A stretch of DNA of 64,000 nucleotides from a virus. The stretch's first letter is position 1, and the number at the start of each line of letters is the position of its first letter. The position numbers and the translations under genes are program-made. A model generated the notes under the pieces. That model was not told the DNA's origin, did not search any database, and saw only the letters and a program-made list of their open reading frames with translations. The stretch lies in IMG/VR virus record IMGVR_UViG_3300045988_162908. One strand, given 5' to 3'. Of this stretch, positions 9,158 through 19,458 are shown piece after piece.

Positions 9158-12100
9158 ATGGCAACAGAAGCAAAAACTACTAACTATTGGATCTCCAATA
9201 GTGCGCTTTATATTCAGCTCAATGCAACAGGCGAACCTAACCGCATTCAGGCGAGTGTGGTTAGCGGTGCTTCGATACTCTGTTATATGCAGGGTATCGA
9301 CGGACTGGGCTATGATGCAGGGCATAATTACCAGCGATGGACGCTTGCGGCTTATCCCTCCGAGTTTCCGAGTGATGAGAAGCGATACGTTTACGTAGCT
9401 ATTCCAAGAAAAAGGACATCTGATAATGATATAGCTACAATAGTCTTCCCAAGCCAAAAAATTGACATTTACGGTAAGGCTATTGTTTTAAAGACAGATG
9501 AGGACGGAAAACAAGAAGAGGTTGTTGGCGATCAGATAGGCTCTGAAGATTATTATTATATTTATCTGCAGGGTATTATTTCCGAGGTGTACTTGAATGA
9601 AGCTAATGATCGTATAAGGCGATGGGTTCAAGATGTTGACTTTGGCAGCCTCTCTACTGACGAAGCTTTAGCGAGCGGTGGTGTCGCTCAATGGTGGAAG
9701 TATAATTCGGTTTCTGATACAATAACGTTTTTAAAAACTATTCTTTCTGCTACATTTGAATCTCTTGTAGCAAAGACTATTAGTGTCACGACGTTGTTTT
9801 TCGGAAAAGAGAAGAAGATTACAGGTATTGCTTCTGATGAATCTAAAGAGGATAGTGAGGAAGTGATCGTTACTCCTAAATATGGAAATCGTAATTATCT
9901 TTCAAAAATAAAAGATGATATCGCAGAAGGCTTAATAACCTTTGCTAAAGGTCTGATTACCGACGCCATTAAGTCTCTCGATTACGACAATGCGGCTGAA
10001 CAGGGCTTCTCTGTTGAGAAGGAGAAGAATGGCAAGTATCATGCGTTTTTCACCAACCTCACAATTTGGGGCAAGGCGATATTTCATGAATTAGAGGTGC
10101 GCAAGCTGTCTTATTCGGGAGGTAACATCTATCTGTCTGGCGCAGGAAGTAAGCTTATTAAGGTTGTACCTGTCAAGAAATCGGTTTCTAATGGTTTGAC
10201 ATCTTGGGTAGAAACAACTGAGGATGATACGGAATGCGTCGGTTGGAAATGTTATCTCTTAGCTGACAATGGAACTACTGCTACGATGAATTATTGGCAG
10301 GAGGGCGACCAAGCGCGCTGTCAGACCATGGGCGAAATTGTGGCTGGTGGAGCGTATAGTGATGTAAGCAACAAGAGCTATTGGCGTACTATTCCTGACG
10401 GTGGTATATCTACACAGAATGAGAAGATATACGGCACTATGACGGAGACTTACCTTGATGAAGCTGGTAAGGAGCAGACGAAAAAAGTACAGGTGGAATT
10501 GTACGGTGGTCAGTCGTTTGCCTGGATTGTTATTGGCAAGCATGGAGATTTAGATGGATATACTAATGAGAATAGTGAGCCTAATGAGAATAGTGCTCCT
10601 GCTGAGACGAGCGGTATTCCTGCCGAGGGCGACACAATCGTGCTTGATGGCAACAGACATCGTAATAAACACGGTGAGTATGACAAGACAGACAGACAGA
10701 ACGTGATTATCTTAGAGACGACGGGCGAATATGCTCCTCGTATCGCTTGTTATGCTAATATCTCTGAGTATAAGCACACTTTCGTAAAAAACGTGAATGG
10801 TAGTGATAAAGAGGTATCTCTGTCTGTATTTGAGACCTCTCCAAAGGGAGGAACGAAAATCAACTCTTCACGCTTTGAATGGATTTCGGAAGATGGCAGT
10901 ACTATCAATATCATCAACTATAGAGGTGACTGGTCAAAAGATTATACTTATCGTAAGAACGACCAAGTAAATCACAACAATGCCGTATGGGTGTGCGTTG
11001 CTAATTCGGGGGTTGATGTCAGCGAAGAGCCTTCTGATAGTTCGAAACAATGGAAAAAAGTCCTTTCTGGAGGCAAAGGCGAGAAGGGAGATGATGCAGT
11101 TAGCTATTCCGTGAGTCTTATGAAGGAATTAAGAACAATCGCAGGTCACAGCAATCAATCCGCTGTAACTGTTAGTTTCCGTAAGCAGAAAGGCAGTAAG
11201 AGCACTATTTCGGGAAATATTGCGACTTTTGGTGATTCGGCTTCCGTAAAATGCTATGTCGATGGTGAACGTAGCGATAATATGACGGATTGGATAAATA
11301 GCGGAAATGATTACTTCGGCTATTTGAATTATGAGGATGCTTGGGCAGGAAAGTCTGTTATTACCGTCGTTATGTATATCGGTGATAATATCGTTGCCTC
11401 TGCCAACTTCTCTCTTGGGCAGAGTGGTGAGGGTGTTGTAATGGCGTACAAAAATGCTCCGTCTCAACCTTCAAAACCAACTGTTGAAGACTTGTCTCAG
11501 CTATCTGACGGATGGTCTCGCACACCTCAGAAAGGTGGGTCTTATAACAAGGTGAGCAACATCAGCTACGGAAATTACAGCGTCGATAATACTACGAGCG
11601 GATATAGCACCTCGGAGTGGTCGGAAGTTTCCGATAGTGGAGAAACATGGCGAAAATCTCCTTCTGGGCTGTCTGATAACTACGGATGGGCAATAATGAA
11701 AGTATCATTTTCTACGAATGTAGATAATTCGGACGTTAAAGTTATTATTAAGGCTTATTCCGAGGGCAACTATGACTTCATTCAAGTTCATGCACTTGAT
11801 ACGGAGATAACAGGTTCAAGCAGCCTTCGGAAGACGGGTGTAGCGTATACATCAGGCAACAGCGTAGAGGATTCGTATTCTTACCACGTGGCAACGGCAG
11901 GACAGCATTTCTTCTATGTCTCTTATTGTAAGGATAGTAGCGGTAATGCTAACGGAGACTATGGTTTATTCCGCTTCGACCTATCCGATAATCTCGTCTC
12001 TATGCCATCAACGGTATGGATGAGTCAGGCTGTGCTGAAAGACGGGAAGGCTGTACTTCCTTGGTCAACACCTGTACAGATAACAGGCGATGATGCCTAT

Positions 12101-14737
12101 CGAGTAGAAGTTTCTCCATCCACTCTCGTTTTCGATACAAACGAAAATGGTCTTGTTGACTCTGCTACATTAAGCGGTAAATATGCGACTGTGACTGTCT
12201 ATAAGGGCAATCAGAAGATAAGCGCAGACAACCTCTCTCTGCCAAGCAATTACGCAACGAAAAAATGCACAAACGTAGATGGCAAAATATCTAATGTCAA
12301 TGGAGAGGCAAGAATTACTATTGATAGAATAGAACAGGAAACTATTAGCGGAGACGAAAAAGTCAGCAAGTCAAGCGGACAGATTTCCTTCCCTATCGAC
12401 GTGTTTGGAGAGCGAAGTACTCTTATGTGGGTTACGGTAAACGTGCAAGTCAACGTTTCTAAGTTCACTGGTTCTGTAGCATTTGACAATAAGGGCTACA
12501 AGGCACAATTTGATGAATTGTCAAAGAATGCTGCAACTAAAAACGAGCTGACCCAAGCAACGTCGAAATTTGAACAGACGGCAAGGGAAATCTCACTTTC
12601 TGTGAGCGAAAAGTCGATAGCGAGACGTAACCTTCTCGTGGGGAGTGCATTCCAGCGTGATGATAATAACGTCGAAATATCTGATGGCGCAAGAATCGAG
12701 ATGAACTCGGGTTATCAGGGCACGAATTGCATTCATATCATTGACGAGACTGACAGGACACCACACTATCTTGGTGCGTTTTGGGATGGTTCACAGGGTG
12801 GTAAGAGTATCGAGATAACAAAGGGCAAGAAGTATATTATATCATGCTGGTATATGACCAATGATGTGAATGGACACCTTTATCTTAAAGCGCTTTATAC
12901 GGACAAGCAGACAAATGCAAAAAGGCAAGGAGGTCCAAACTATCTCTCACCAAGCGCTTTCACTGTTAAAAAGGTCAATGAATGGGAATTGTTCACAGCG
13001 GTTATAGATACAACCGATGCACAATATAATTATCTCGCCTTTAACTTTTTTGAGTCTTGTAATGGCAAATTTGGTCGCATTGAAGCTTGGATTTGCAGAC
13101 CGATGGTCGAGGAAGGTGATACTTACAACGGCTGGACGCTATCACAAAACGATTACGACATCATCGGTGCTAACTTGATTGACAATTCAAGGACGCTTGA
13201 TGCAGGTGGTAATGTGCTGGAAGTGAAGGGTCAGAAAGCTCTTGTGGGCGATGCTTATGAACTCACATATATAGGCTCTGACGACTACAATACATTCTAT
13301 CGAATAAAAGGCAGCACCTTCCAGCTCGGCGTAGATTATACTATCAGCTTCGAGGTAAGAGGCGATGCTGAGTATATGGGTGTATATGCCTATTATCCTA
13401 TCACAAACACCAAGTTCACTTTTTACGCAGAATCGAAGAATGGTGCAATGACCGAAGTGACAGATGGCGGAAAGGTTGATAATTATGTTGCTTTGATTCA
13501 AGTAAAAGAGCTATCTAAGCAGCAGAGGGTGTGGAGTCATTTTCGATTCAAGGACAGACTTCCTGATCATATCTACTTCCTGTTCCCAAAGAATGCGCAA
13601 CAGACTGGCGTAACGAGCTGGAGTGTGGCCATCACGAAGCCGAAAATCGAGGTGGGCGCAGTCGTTACTGAGTACACTGAGCGCAAGAGCGACCTTGTGG
13701 ATAAGGCAAGCTTGAAGGCAGCAGGTATAGAAATTACGAGCGACCAAGTTACCTTGTATGGCAATCAGATACACGTAAAGAAGAACAAGACTGATGCAAA
13801 CGATACAGTGCTTATCGACAACGAGACAGGCCAGGTGTCGGCAGGGCTGATAAATGCTAATAAAGTTGTAGCGGATGGTATTAAAACGCAGGACCTTGAA
13901 GCGCAAAATCTGAATGTGACAGGTAATAGCCGACTTGGAATCTTTCGGATAAAGACATCGGGCGCAGACGAGAGGGACCAATATACCATAGCTGGCGATA
14001 TGATTACATACAGCGGAGATTATAAATTCCCTGACGGAACAACGACTATTACTTCTGATGACGGTTTAGCCTACTTGATGTACAAGCCTTTGTTCATCAG
14101 ACAAGGTGCCCCTGATGCGGGTAAGTATATGAGACTCGGAAATTGCTACACAGAATGGGACGATTCCGGATTTGGTTTTGACCATAGTTATCTATTCAAT
14201 GGTGCGTCGGCGAGATATGTATGCGGCGGAGTAGAATCTGAGTGTAAAAAGTATGTCCTGCCTACAGATCTGACTTACAACGCTAATTATTTCCCAGTCT
14301 CGTACATATATTCCATTAAGTCCTCTCCGAATGACCCTGCTTTCGCCATCAATGTGCAAAAGGCAGAAAACACAACAGGTGAGCGAACGGCTATACAGAC
14401 AAACGGCGCTATACGAGGAGTGTTAGCACCAAACACAGAGATTATTAGTGATACTCAGCAAATATTAAACGGCGTCGGAATCGTTATTTGCACAAATCCT
14501 TCTGATATGACGTTAACACTTCCTGCCAATCCTGTTGATGGTCAGACGATGATAATTATTCAAGGTAATGACAAAAGGGTATATATCGTTCCTCCTAAAG
14601 GCGATACGATATATTGGGGTGGTCAGACGAGATACGATACCGGCAATAGATTCTATTCGGGAACGATAGGACAGTTTACTATCCTTGTTTTTATCCGTGG
14701 GGCTTGGCAACTGCAATTCATGAATTATCGTCCATAA
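9158..14737 (+). CDS. giant tail fibre / tail-associated protein (1859 aa)
   Basis: 5.6-kb uninterrupted ORF next to the second fibre gene. Short collagen-like GGKGEKGDD motif, shared in type with the 933-aa fibre (GRKGDKGDS). Confidence 0.85.
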   Translation: MATEAKTTNYWISNSALYIQLNATGEPNRIQASVVSGASILCYMQGIDGLGYDAGHNYQRWTLAAYPSEFPSDEKRYVYVAIPRKRTSDNDIATIVFPSQKIDIYGKAIVLKTDEDGKQEEVVGDQIGSEDYYYIYLQGIISEVYLNEANDRIRRWVQDVDFGSLSTDEALASGGVAQWWKYNSVSDTITFLKTILSATFESLVAKTISVTTLFFGKEKKITGIASDESKEDSEEVIVTPKYGNRNYLSKIKDDIAEGLITFAKGLITDAIKSLDYDNAAEQGFSVEKEKNGKYHAFFTNLTIWGKAIFHELEVRKLSYSGGNIYLSGAGSKLIKVVPVKKSVSNGLTSWVETTEDDTECVGWKCYLLADNGTTATMNYWQEGDQARCQTMGEIVAGGAYSDVSNKSYWRTIPDGGISTQNEKIYGTMTETYLDEAGKEQTKKVQVELYGGQSFAWIVIGKHGDLDGYTNENSEPNENSAPAETSGIPAEGDTIVLDGNRHRNKHGEYDKTDRQNVIILETTGEYAPRIACYANISEYKHTFVKNVNGSDKEVSLSVFETSPKGGTKINSSRFEWISEDGSTINIINYRGDWSKDYTYRKNDQVNHNNAVWVCVANSGVDVSEEPSDSSKQWKKVLSGGKGEKGDDAVSYSVSLMKELRTIAGHSNQSAVTVSFRKQKGSKSTISGNIATFGDSASVKCYVDGERSDNMTDWINSGNDYFGYLNYEDAWAGKSVITVVMYIGDNIVASANFSLGQSGEGVVMAYKNAPSQPSKPTVEDLSQLSDGWSRTPQKGGSYNKVSNISYGNYSVDNTTSGYSTSEWSEVSDSGETWRKSPSGLSDNYGWAIMKVSFSTNVDNSDVKVIIKAYSEGNYDFIQVHALDTEITGSSSLRKTGVAYTSGNSVEDSYSYHVATAGQHFFYVSYCKDSSGNANGDYGLFRFDLSDNLVSMPSTVWMSQAVLKDGKAVLPWSTPVQITGDDAYRVEVSPSTLVFDTNENGLVDSATLSGKYATVTVYKGNQKISADNLSLPSNYATKKCTNVDGKISNVNGEARITIDRIEQETISGDEKVSKSSGQISFPIDVFGERSTLMWVTVNVQVNVSKFTGSVAFDNKGYKAQFDELSKNAATKNELTQATSKFEQTAREISLSVSEKSIARRNLLVGSAFQRDDNNVEISDGARIEMNSGYQGTNCIHIIDETDRTPHYLGAFWDGSQGGKSIEITKGKKYIISCWYMTNDVNGHLYLKALYTDKQTNAKRQGGPNYLSPSAFTVKKVNEWELFTAVIDTTDAQYNYLAFNFFESCNGKFGRIEAWICRPMVEEGDTYNGWTLSQNDYDIIGANLIDNSRTLDAGGNVLEVKGQKALVGDAYELTYIGSDDYNTFYRIKGSTFQLGVDYTISFEVRGDAEYMGVYAYYPITNTKFTFYAESKNGAMTEVTDGGKVDNYVALIQVKELSKQQRVWSHFRFKDRLPDHIYFLFPKNAQQTGVTSWSVAITKPKIEVGAVVTEYTERKSDLVDKASLKAAGIEITSDQVTLYGNQIHVKKNKTDANDTVLIDNETGQVSAGLINANKVVADGIKTQDLEAQNLNVTGNSRLGIFRIKTSGADERDQYTIAGDMITYSGDYKFPDGTTTITSDDGLAYLMYKPLFIRQGAPDAGKYMRLGNCYTEWDDSGFGFDHSYLFNGASARYVCGGVESECKKYVLPTDLTYNANYFPVSYIYSIKSSPNDPAFAINVQKAENTTGERTAIQTNGAIRGVLAPNTEIISDTQQILNGVGIVICTNPSDMTLTLPANPVDGQTMIIIQGNDKRVYIVPPKGDTIYWGGQTRYDTGNRFYSGTIGQFTILVFIRGAWQLQFMNYRP

Positions 14738-14755
14738 TAAATTTTATATAAGCTT

Positions 14756-17557
14756 ATGAAAAAAATAGTGAAAGGAAATGACTTCACGCTGCGAATCCCA
14801 GTGATGAAGATGGTAGAGGGGACAGCTCAGGCTTTCCCTCTGCCAGCCTGTACCGACGTGCTGGTACAGGTGTGTAATCAGTTTAGGCGCATCCCTCTTG
14901 CATTTGAGATTGATGTAAAGGAGGACAATGTTCTCCTTGCGAGAGTAGAGGGTGACAAGATGAGCCTCGGAACTTACGCCATCGAGGTAAGGGGCAAAAT
15001 CTTCGGCAATGACTGGCGAAGCAACGAATATCCTCAGTTTTCCATTGTAGCTAAGAATGCCGATGCTGATACTGAATTTGGAGAGACTGACGAGGGCGAT
15101 AATAGCGTGGAGATGGATACCGCTATAGTCATCCTCCCTCCTTCCGTGGAATTGTCTGACCTCATCAATAAGGCGAATGATGCTCTCAAAACCAACAAGG
15201 AGACAAACGATACCCTCAATACTAACGAGGAAGCACGTAAGGAAGCAGAGGTGAAACGAGTATCTGCCGAGTCTGAGCGAGTATCTTCCGAACAGACGAG
15301 AGTATCTGCTGAGGATGCTCGCATGACGGCAGAGACCAGTCGTGTAAATGCGGAATCCGACCGAGAGCGAGCGGAAGATGCTCGTACCCAAATCGAGATT
15401 GAGCGACAGGCAAATGAACTTACACGCAAGGATAACGAGGCGAAGCGTATCAATGCTGAAACATTAAGGAACAATGCCGAGAAGTTGCGTGTCTTGCAAG
15501 AGAATGAGCGCAAGGGTAACGAGGACGTTCGTAAGTCAGATGAGGATGCACGTATCAAGGCTGAAAGCGCACGTAGCAAGGCTGAGACCAAGAGAGAGGA
15601 AGATTTCTCTGCATCAAAGGAAGCCGCTGACAACGCAACCGAAAAAGCTTTATCTACTTATTCCCACCCTCCTTATGCTGATAGCGATGGTTTCTATTAC
15701 AAGTGGAATCCTGACACGCAGAGTTACGACAAGACGGATGTGAACTTGAAGGCGCAGCCTAGCAAACCAGCCTTTGTCTTCAAGTCGGTTGAAGAAATGG
15801 AGACTACGGACATAAATAACTTCGACCTGTATGATTATGTTATCATCAATACCGACGATACAGAGGATGAGGACAATGCGAAGCTGTACCTCATAGACAA
15901 GAACGAGGATGGCACAAAATATTACCATTACCTTGTTGATATGAGTGGTTTCCGTGGATTTGCTGGCAAGACACCTCAAATCTCCATCGGAACGATTACC
16001 ACCCTACTTCCTAGCGAGAAGGCTAGTGTAGCCATGACCAGCGACGGTATGGATGAGCAAGGAAACCCCAAATACGTCATTAACTTCGCTATTCCGCAAG
16101 GACGGAAAGGCGATAAGGGTGATTCATTTTCTTACGCTGACTTCACGGCAGAGCAAATCGAGGAGCTACAAAAACCTGCTACTGATGTTATTGCAACACT
16201 TGGTCAGACCAAGGTGGATTGTGAGAATGCTACAAAGGCAGCAAACGATGCTGCTTCTGACGCTACCGTAGCTAAGACCAAGGCAGAGAACGCTGCTTCT
16301 GGGGCAGAGAAGTGTAACGTCATCCTTGAAGGCTCTACTATCTCTGTGACCAACAGACACGGAGAAACCGAGTCGGTAGATGTTATTAATACCGACGAGG
16401 AAGTAACCGTTACCATCGCCTCTTCTGTGGAATCTATCAAGGTGGCAGGCATTAAGATTAATGTGTTCCTCAATAACGGAAAGACACCTCAGAGCTATAC
16501 CACCAACGCAGAGGGTAAGGCTACATTCACTATTTATCGAGGAAACTACTATCAGGTCGTATTCCCTGAGTATGGCAATGCGCAGCCTATCGCTCCTCAA
16601 GGCTATACAGCAGTATTGGGCAGTCGTAATATCAATGTAGAATATCTGCCTTACGATGAAGACAGTATGGAGAAGGCGATTATCACGGTTACTAAGTACG
16701 ATAATAACGTGGGGACGGCATGGGAAGGTATTCCTGTTGTTGTGACCGTTGACAGAAAAGATACCACCTATCAAACTGACGCAAAAGGTCAGGTAACGGT
16801 ATTCGTACCATATAAGAAGGAATATACTGTAAGAATTGATAATCAGGATGGCTATAACGTTAGCTTTAACAAAAATTCAAGAACCAATACCGCGAATGTT
16901 CCTCAGAGACTTATCGACTACAGGTTCTATCAGTTTAAGGCAGGTATTTTTGTAGTAGATATTGACAAAAATGAGTACTACATCGAGGACTGGGTAGCAG
17001 CAGGCAAAACCGCTGATGATGCGGTAGCTATCAAGGTGGCGGATGCCTCATTATTAGTCAATCATGGTACTTTCTGTATCCGTACAAGTGACATTAAGAA
17101 CGTGTCGCAGTTGGTCAGTAAGCCATGGTGTACACAGAACTTGCAGTTCGATTCTATTGCGCTGAATGGTAATAATGTAAAAGATGCAAATTACTACAAC
17201 GGAGAATCTTCATCATACCTTATCAGACAGGAGGCTCAGGAGCGAAGTTTATCTGTGCCAGCTTTTGATTATGCCTACGATCAGATATTCACAATCGGTG
17301 ATGAAGAACTTCATGGATTTGTCATGTCGGTTGGTCAGGAATACGTACATGTAGCCAATATCGGTATCATCAAACAGGTGTTGGAAACCCTGTATGGCGA
17401 AGAAGTAGCTACTAATTATTACGACTTTGTGATGAAGAAATACAGATGGACTTCTACGCAGGGCAGCGCTACGAACGCTTGGACCTTCAGTAGTAGTGCA
17501 AGCAACTTCTACTCCAAGTGGTACGGTTCCGTGGTCCTGCCAGTTTACGCTTGTTAA
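14756..17557 (+). CDS. tail fibre / receptor-binding protein, DGR target (933 aa)
   Basis: Periodic AE..R coiled-coil repeats (about aa 150-290), a GRKGDKGD motif and two beta-sandwich-like segments. The C-terminal ...WTSTQGSATNAWTFSSSASNFYSKWYGSVVLPVYAC is the variable region matching the TR. Confidence 0.9.
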   Translation: MKKIVKGNDFTLRIPVMKMVEGTAQAFPLPACTDVLVQVCNQFRRIPLAFEIDVKEDNVLLARVEGDKMSLGTYAIEVRGKIFGNDWRSNEYPQFSIVAKNADADTEFGETDEGDNSVEMDTAIVILPPSVELSDLINKANDALKTNKETNDTLNTNEEARKEAEVKRVSAESERVSSEQTRVSAEDARMTAETSRVNAESDRERAEDARTQIEIERQANELTRKDNEAKRINAETLRNNAEKLRVLQENERKGNEDVRKSDEDARIKAESARSKAETKREEDFSASKEAADNATEKALSTYSHPPYADSDGFYYKWNPDTQSYDKTDVNLKAQPSKPAFVFKSVEEMETTDINNFDLYDYVIINTDDTEDEDNAKLYLIDKNEDGTKYYHYLVDMSGFRGFAGKTPQISIGTITTLLPSEKASVAMTSDGMDEQGNPKYVINFAIPQGRKGDKGDSFSYADFTAEQIEELQKPATDVIATLGQTKVDCENATKAANDAASDATVAKTKAENAASGAEKCNVILEGSTISVTNRHGETESVDVINTDEEVTVTIASSVESIKVAGIKINVFLNNGKTPQSYTTNAEGKATFTIYRGNYYQVVFPEYGNAQPIAPQGYTAVLGSRNINVEYLPYDEDSMEKAIITVTKYDNNVGTAWEGIPVVVTVDRKDTTYQTDAKGQVTVFVPYKKEYTVRIDNQDGYNVSFNKNSRTNTANVPQRLIDYRFYQFKAGIFVVDIDKNEYYIEDWVAAGKTADDAVAIKVADASLLVNHGTFCIRTSDIKNVSQLVSKPWCTQNLQFDSIALNGNNVKDANYYNGESSSYLIRQEAQERSLSVPAFDYAYDQIFTIGDEELHGFVMSVGQEYVHVANIGIIKQVLETLYGEEVATNYYDFVMKKYRWTSTQGSATNAWTFSSSASNFYSKWYGSVVLPVYAC
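17455..17549 (+). other. DGR variable region (VR)
   Basis: 95 nt that align to TR 18145-18236. There are 9 substitutions, all opposite TR adenines, plus one extra codon (tcc at 17513-17515). Confidence 0.9.
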
Positions 17558-17671
17558 TCTCTTTATCTCTTCAAAATCTCTTCCTCTCTCCATGTAAGCA
17601 GCGAGCAGGCAGCGAGCAATGAGCAGGGAGGAGGGATATAAGAGCAATTTTTAATTTCATTCCCTTAAAAA

Positions 17672-18289
17672 ATGGCATTTACAGAGGATTTGTACATATA
17701 TAAAGATACGCTACTCTTGTGCAAGATATTACTCAAGTATAGTAATAGCGTGAGTAGAACCGTCAGATTTACAACCTACAATGAAGCGGTCGTCAAGTCT
17801 TGTACAGCTCTTGACTTGGTTAGGAGAATTAATGAAAGTTGGGAGAATAGAGAGGAGCGTATGCACGATTATATTCTGCTTATGTCGGAAGTTAAGTCAA
17901 GGATCAGCCTCCTCACGGATGCCGAGTTCTTAAACAAGAAACAGGCAACTAACCTTAATATGATGTCAGACAAGGTACTGAAGGAGGTGTACGGCTGGCG
18001 GAAGTCTGAGCGGAAGCGCAAAGGCGAGAATTGCAGAGTCAACGACAATGCGAGAGTGCCGTCACTGGATGTGACAAGGGGTACAATCACGCAACTCACT
18101 TATGTGAGAAGTGAGCAGACTGAAAAACAGAGAATGTACCGAGATACGCAGAGCAGCGCTACGAACGCTTGGAACTACAGTAGTAGTGCAAACAACAACT
18201 ACAAGTGGAACAGTTACGTGGTCCTGCCAGTTTACGATTATCCAACAGTGACGAATGCCTCTGTATTTGCTATTTTTAAAGGGATATGA
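17672..18289 (+). CDS. avd: Avd-like accessory protein; the ORF continues through the TR
   Basis: The N-terminal ~115 aa are helical and basic (..EVYGWRKSERKRKGE), in the position of the DGR accessory variability determinant. The ORF has no stop until TGA 18287-18289, which overlaps the RT ATG. Confidence 0.7.
   Translation: MAFTEDLYIYKDTLLLCKILLKYSNSVSRTVRFTTYNEAVVKSCTALDLVRRINESWENREERMHDYILLMSEVKSRISLLTDAEFLNKKQATNLNMMSDKVLKEVYGWRKSERKRKGENCRVNDNARVPSLDVTRGTITQLTYVRSEQTEKQRMYRDTQSSATNAWNYSSSANNNYKWNSYVVLPVYDYPTVTNASVFAIFKGI
18145..18236 (+). other. DGR template region (TR)
   Basis: tacgcagagcagcgctacgaacgcttggaactacagtagtagtgcaaacaacaactacaagtggaacagttacgtggtcctgccagtttacg. AAC-rich and lies between avd and the RT. 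Confidence 0.9.
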
Positions 18290-19452
18290 AATTTGAAAGA
18301 GAATATGTTACGATAGAAGAGGTGTATGCCGCCTATTATGACTGCTGCAAGCATAAAGGTTCAACACCAGGTTGCATCGAATATCAGATGAACTACATTG
18401 CGAATAATTATCAGCTATATATCGAACTCAACTCGATGATATATGAGATAAGTAAGAGCAAGGCGTTTTGTGTGACGAGACCAAAGCTCAGGGAAGTGTT
18501 CTGTGCAGATTTCCGTGACCGCATCATTCACCATCTGCTTGCTATCAAGTTCACGGATATACTCGAAGGCGAAATGACAGATAAGGCGTATGCCTGCCGT
18601 AAGGGTAAGGGAACTGGTTATGGTATCGCTGATGTCAAGAAGCAAATAAAGCGAGTGAGCGATAACTATACTAAGGAAGCATGGATATTGAAAGGTGATT
18701 TACAGGGCTTCTTCATGAGCATCAATCGTTTACTCCTTTACGACCTCTTCGAAAAGGCCATCAGAAAAAAGTATCATGGAAGTGATATAGAATGGTGGCT
18801 GTGGCTATGGAAGAAAGTCGTCTTACATGACCCGACAAAGAACTGTGTTCGAGTAGGCGATTTGAGCTTGTGGGATAAGCTTCCTGCTAACAAGTCGCTT
18901 TTTACCTGCGGTGAGGGCAAGGGACTCCCGATCGGCAACCTGCCATCGCAATTACTTGCCAACCTTCTGCTATCTCGATTCGATAAGCTGATGATAGAGC
19001 GAGTGGGCGAAGATGGTGGATATGGCAGATATGTAGATGATTTTGTGGTTATCGGTAGGGATAAAAAGTTACTCCTGAATATTCTGCAAGAGGCAAGGAA
19101 CTATCTGTTAGAAGAGCTTGGTCTTACGTTGCATCCTCATAAGGTTAGCCTACAGAGAGCAGCGAGTGGAGTGAGGTTCACGGGCGTATTAATTCGTCCA
19201 GGCAGGACACTTCCAAACCAACGAACGATAGAACATCTATATGACGTGATTGATAGGTTCGGGATGGCGCCCAACCCTGAAGGTGAAGTATTACAGAGGT
19301 ATGCAAACCGCATCAACAGTCTGATGGGTATGCTTGCTCATTGCAATACTTATAACATTAGACGAAAAGCGTGGACTATGATGCCGCACAAAGACAGAGT
19401 TTTCTGCATAAATATGAAGAAAATTAGAATAATGAATAAATATAAAATGTAA
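18286..19452 (+). CDS. DGR reverse transcriptase
   Basis: GLPIGNLPSQLLANLLLSRFD and YGRYVDDFVVIG (YxDD) motifs. 388 aa. Confidence 0.9.
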   Translation: MKFEREYVTIEEVYAAYYDCCKHKGSTPGCIEYQMNYIANNYQLYIELNSMIYEISKSKAFCVTRPKLREVFCADFRDRIIHHLLAIKFTDILEGEMTDKAYACRKGKGTGYGIADVKKQIKRVSDNYTKEAWILKGDLQGFFMSINRLLLYDLFEKAIRKKYHGSDIEWWLWLWKKVVLHDPTKNCVRVGDLSLWDKLPANKSLFTCGEGKGLPIGNLPSQLLANLLLSRFDKLMIERVGEDGGYGRYVDDFVVIGRDKKLLLNILQEARNYLLEELGLTLHPHKVSLQRAASGVRFTGVLIRPGRTLPNQRTIEHLYDVIDRFGMAPNPEGEVLQRYANRINSLMGMLAHCNTYNIRRKAWTMMPHKDRVFCINMKKIRIMNKYKM

Positions 19453-19458
19453 AAGATT

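Larger units (their letters stand above)
17455..19452 (+). mobile_element. diversity-generating retroelement: VR - avd - TR - RT
   Basis: Canonical order and orientation, adenine-specific TR/VR mismatches, and an RT with YVDD. Confidence 0.9.

Noticed and set aside
17550-17650. A possible hairpin or cruciform downstream of the VR (pyrimidine tract ctcttcctctctcc versus gggaggaggga), as seen next to some DGR targets.
   Set aside because: The two tracts do not pair well when written out, with several mismatches. I cannot support a defined structure.
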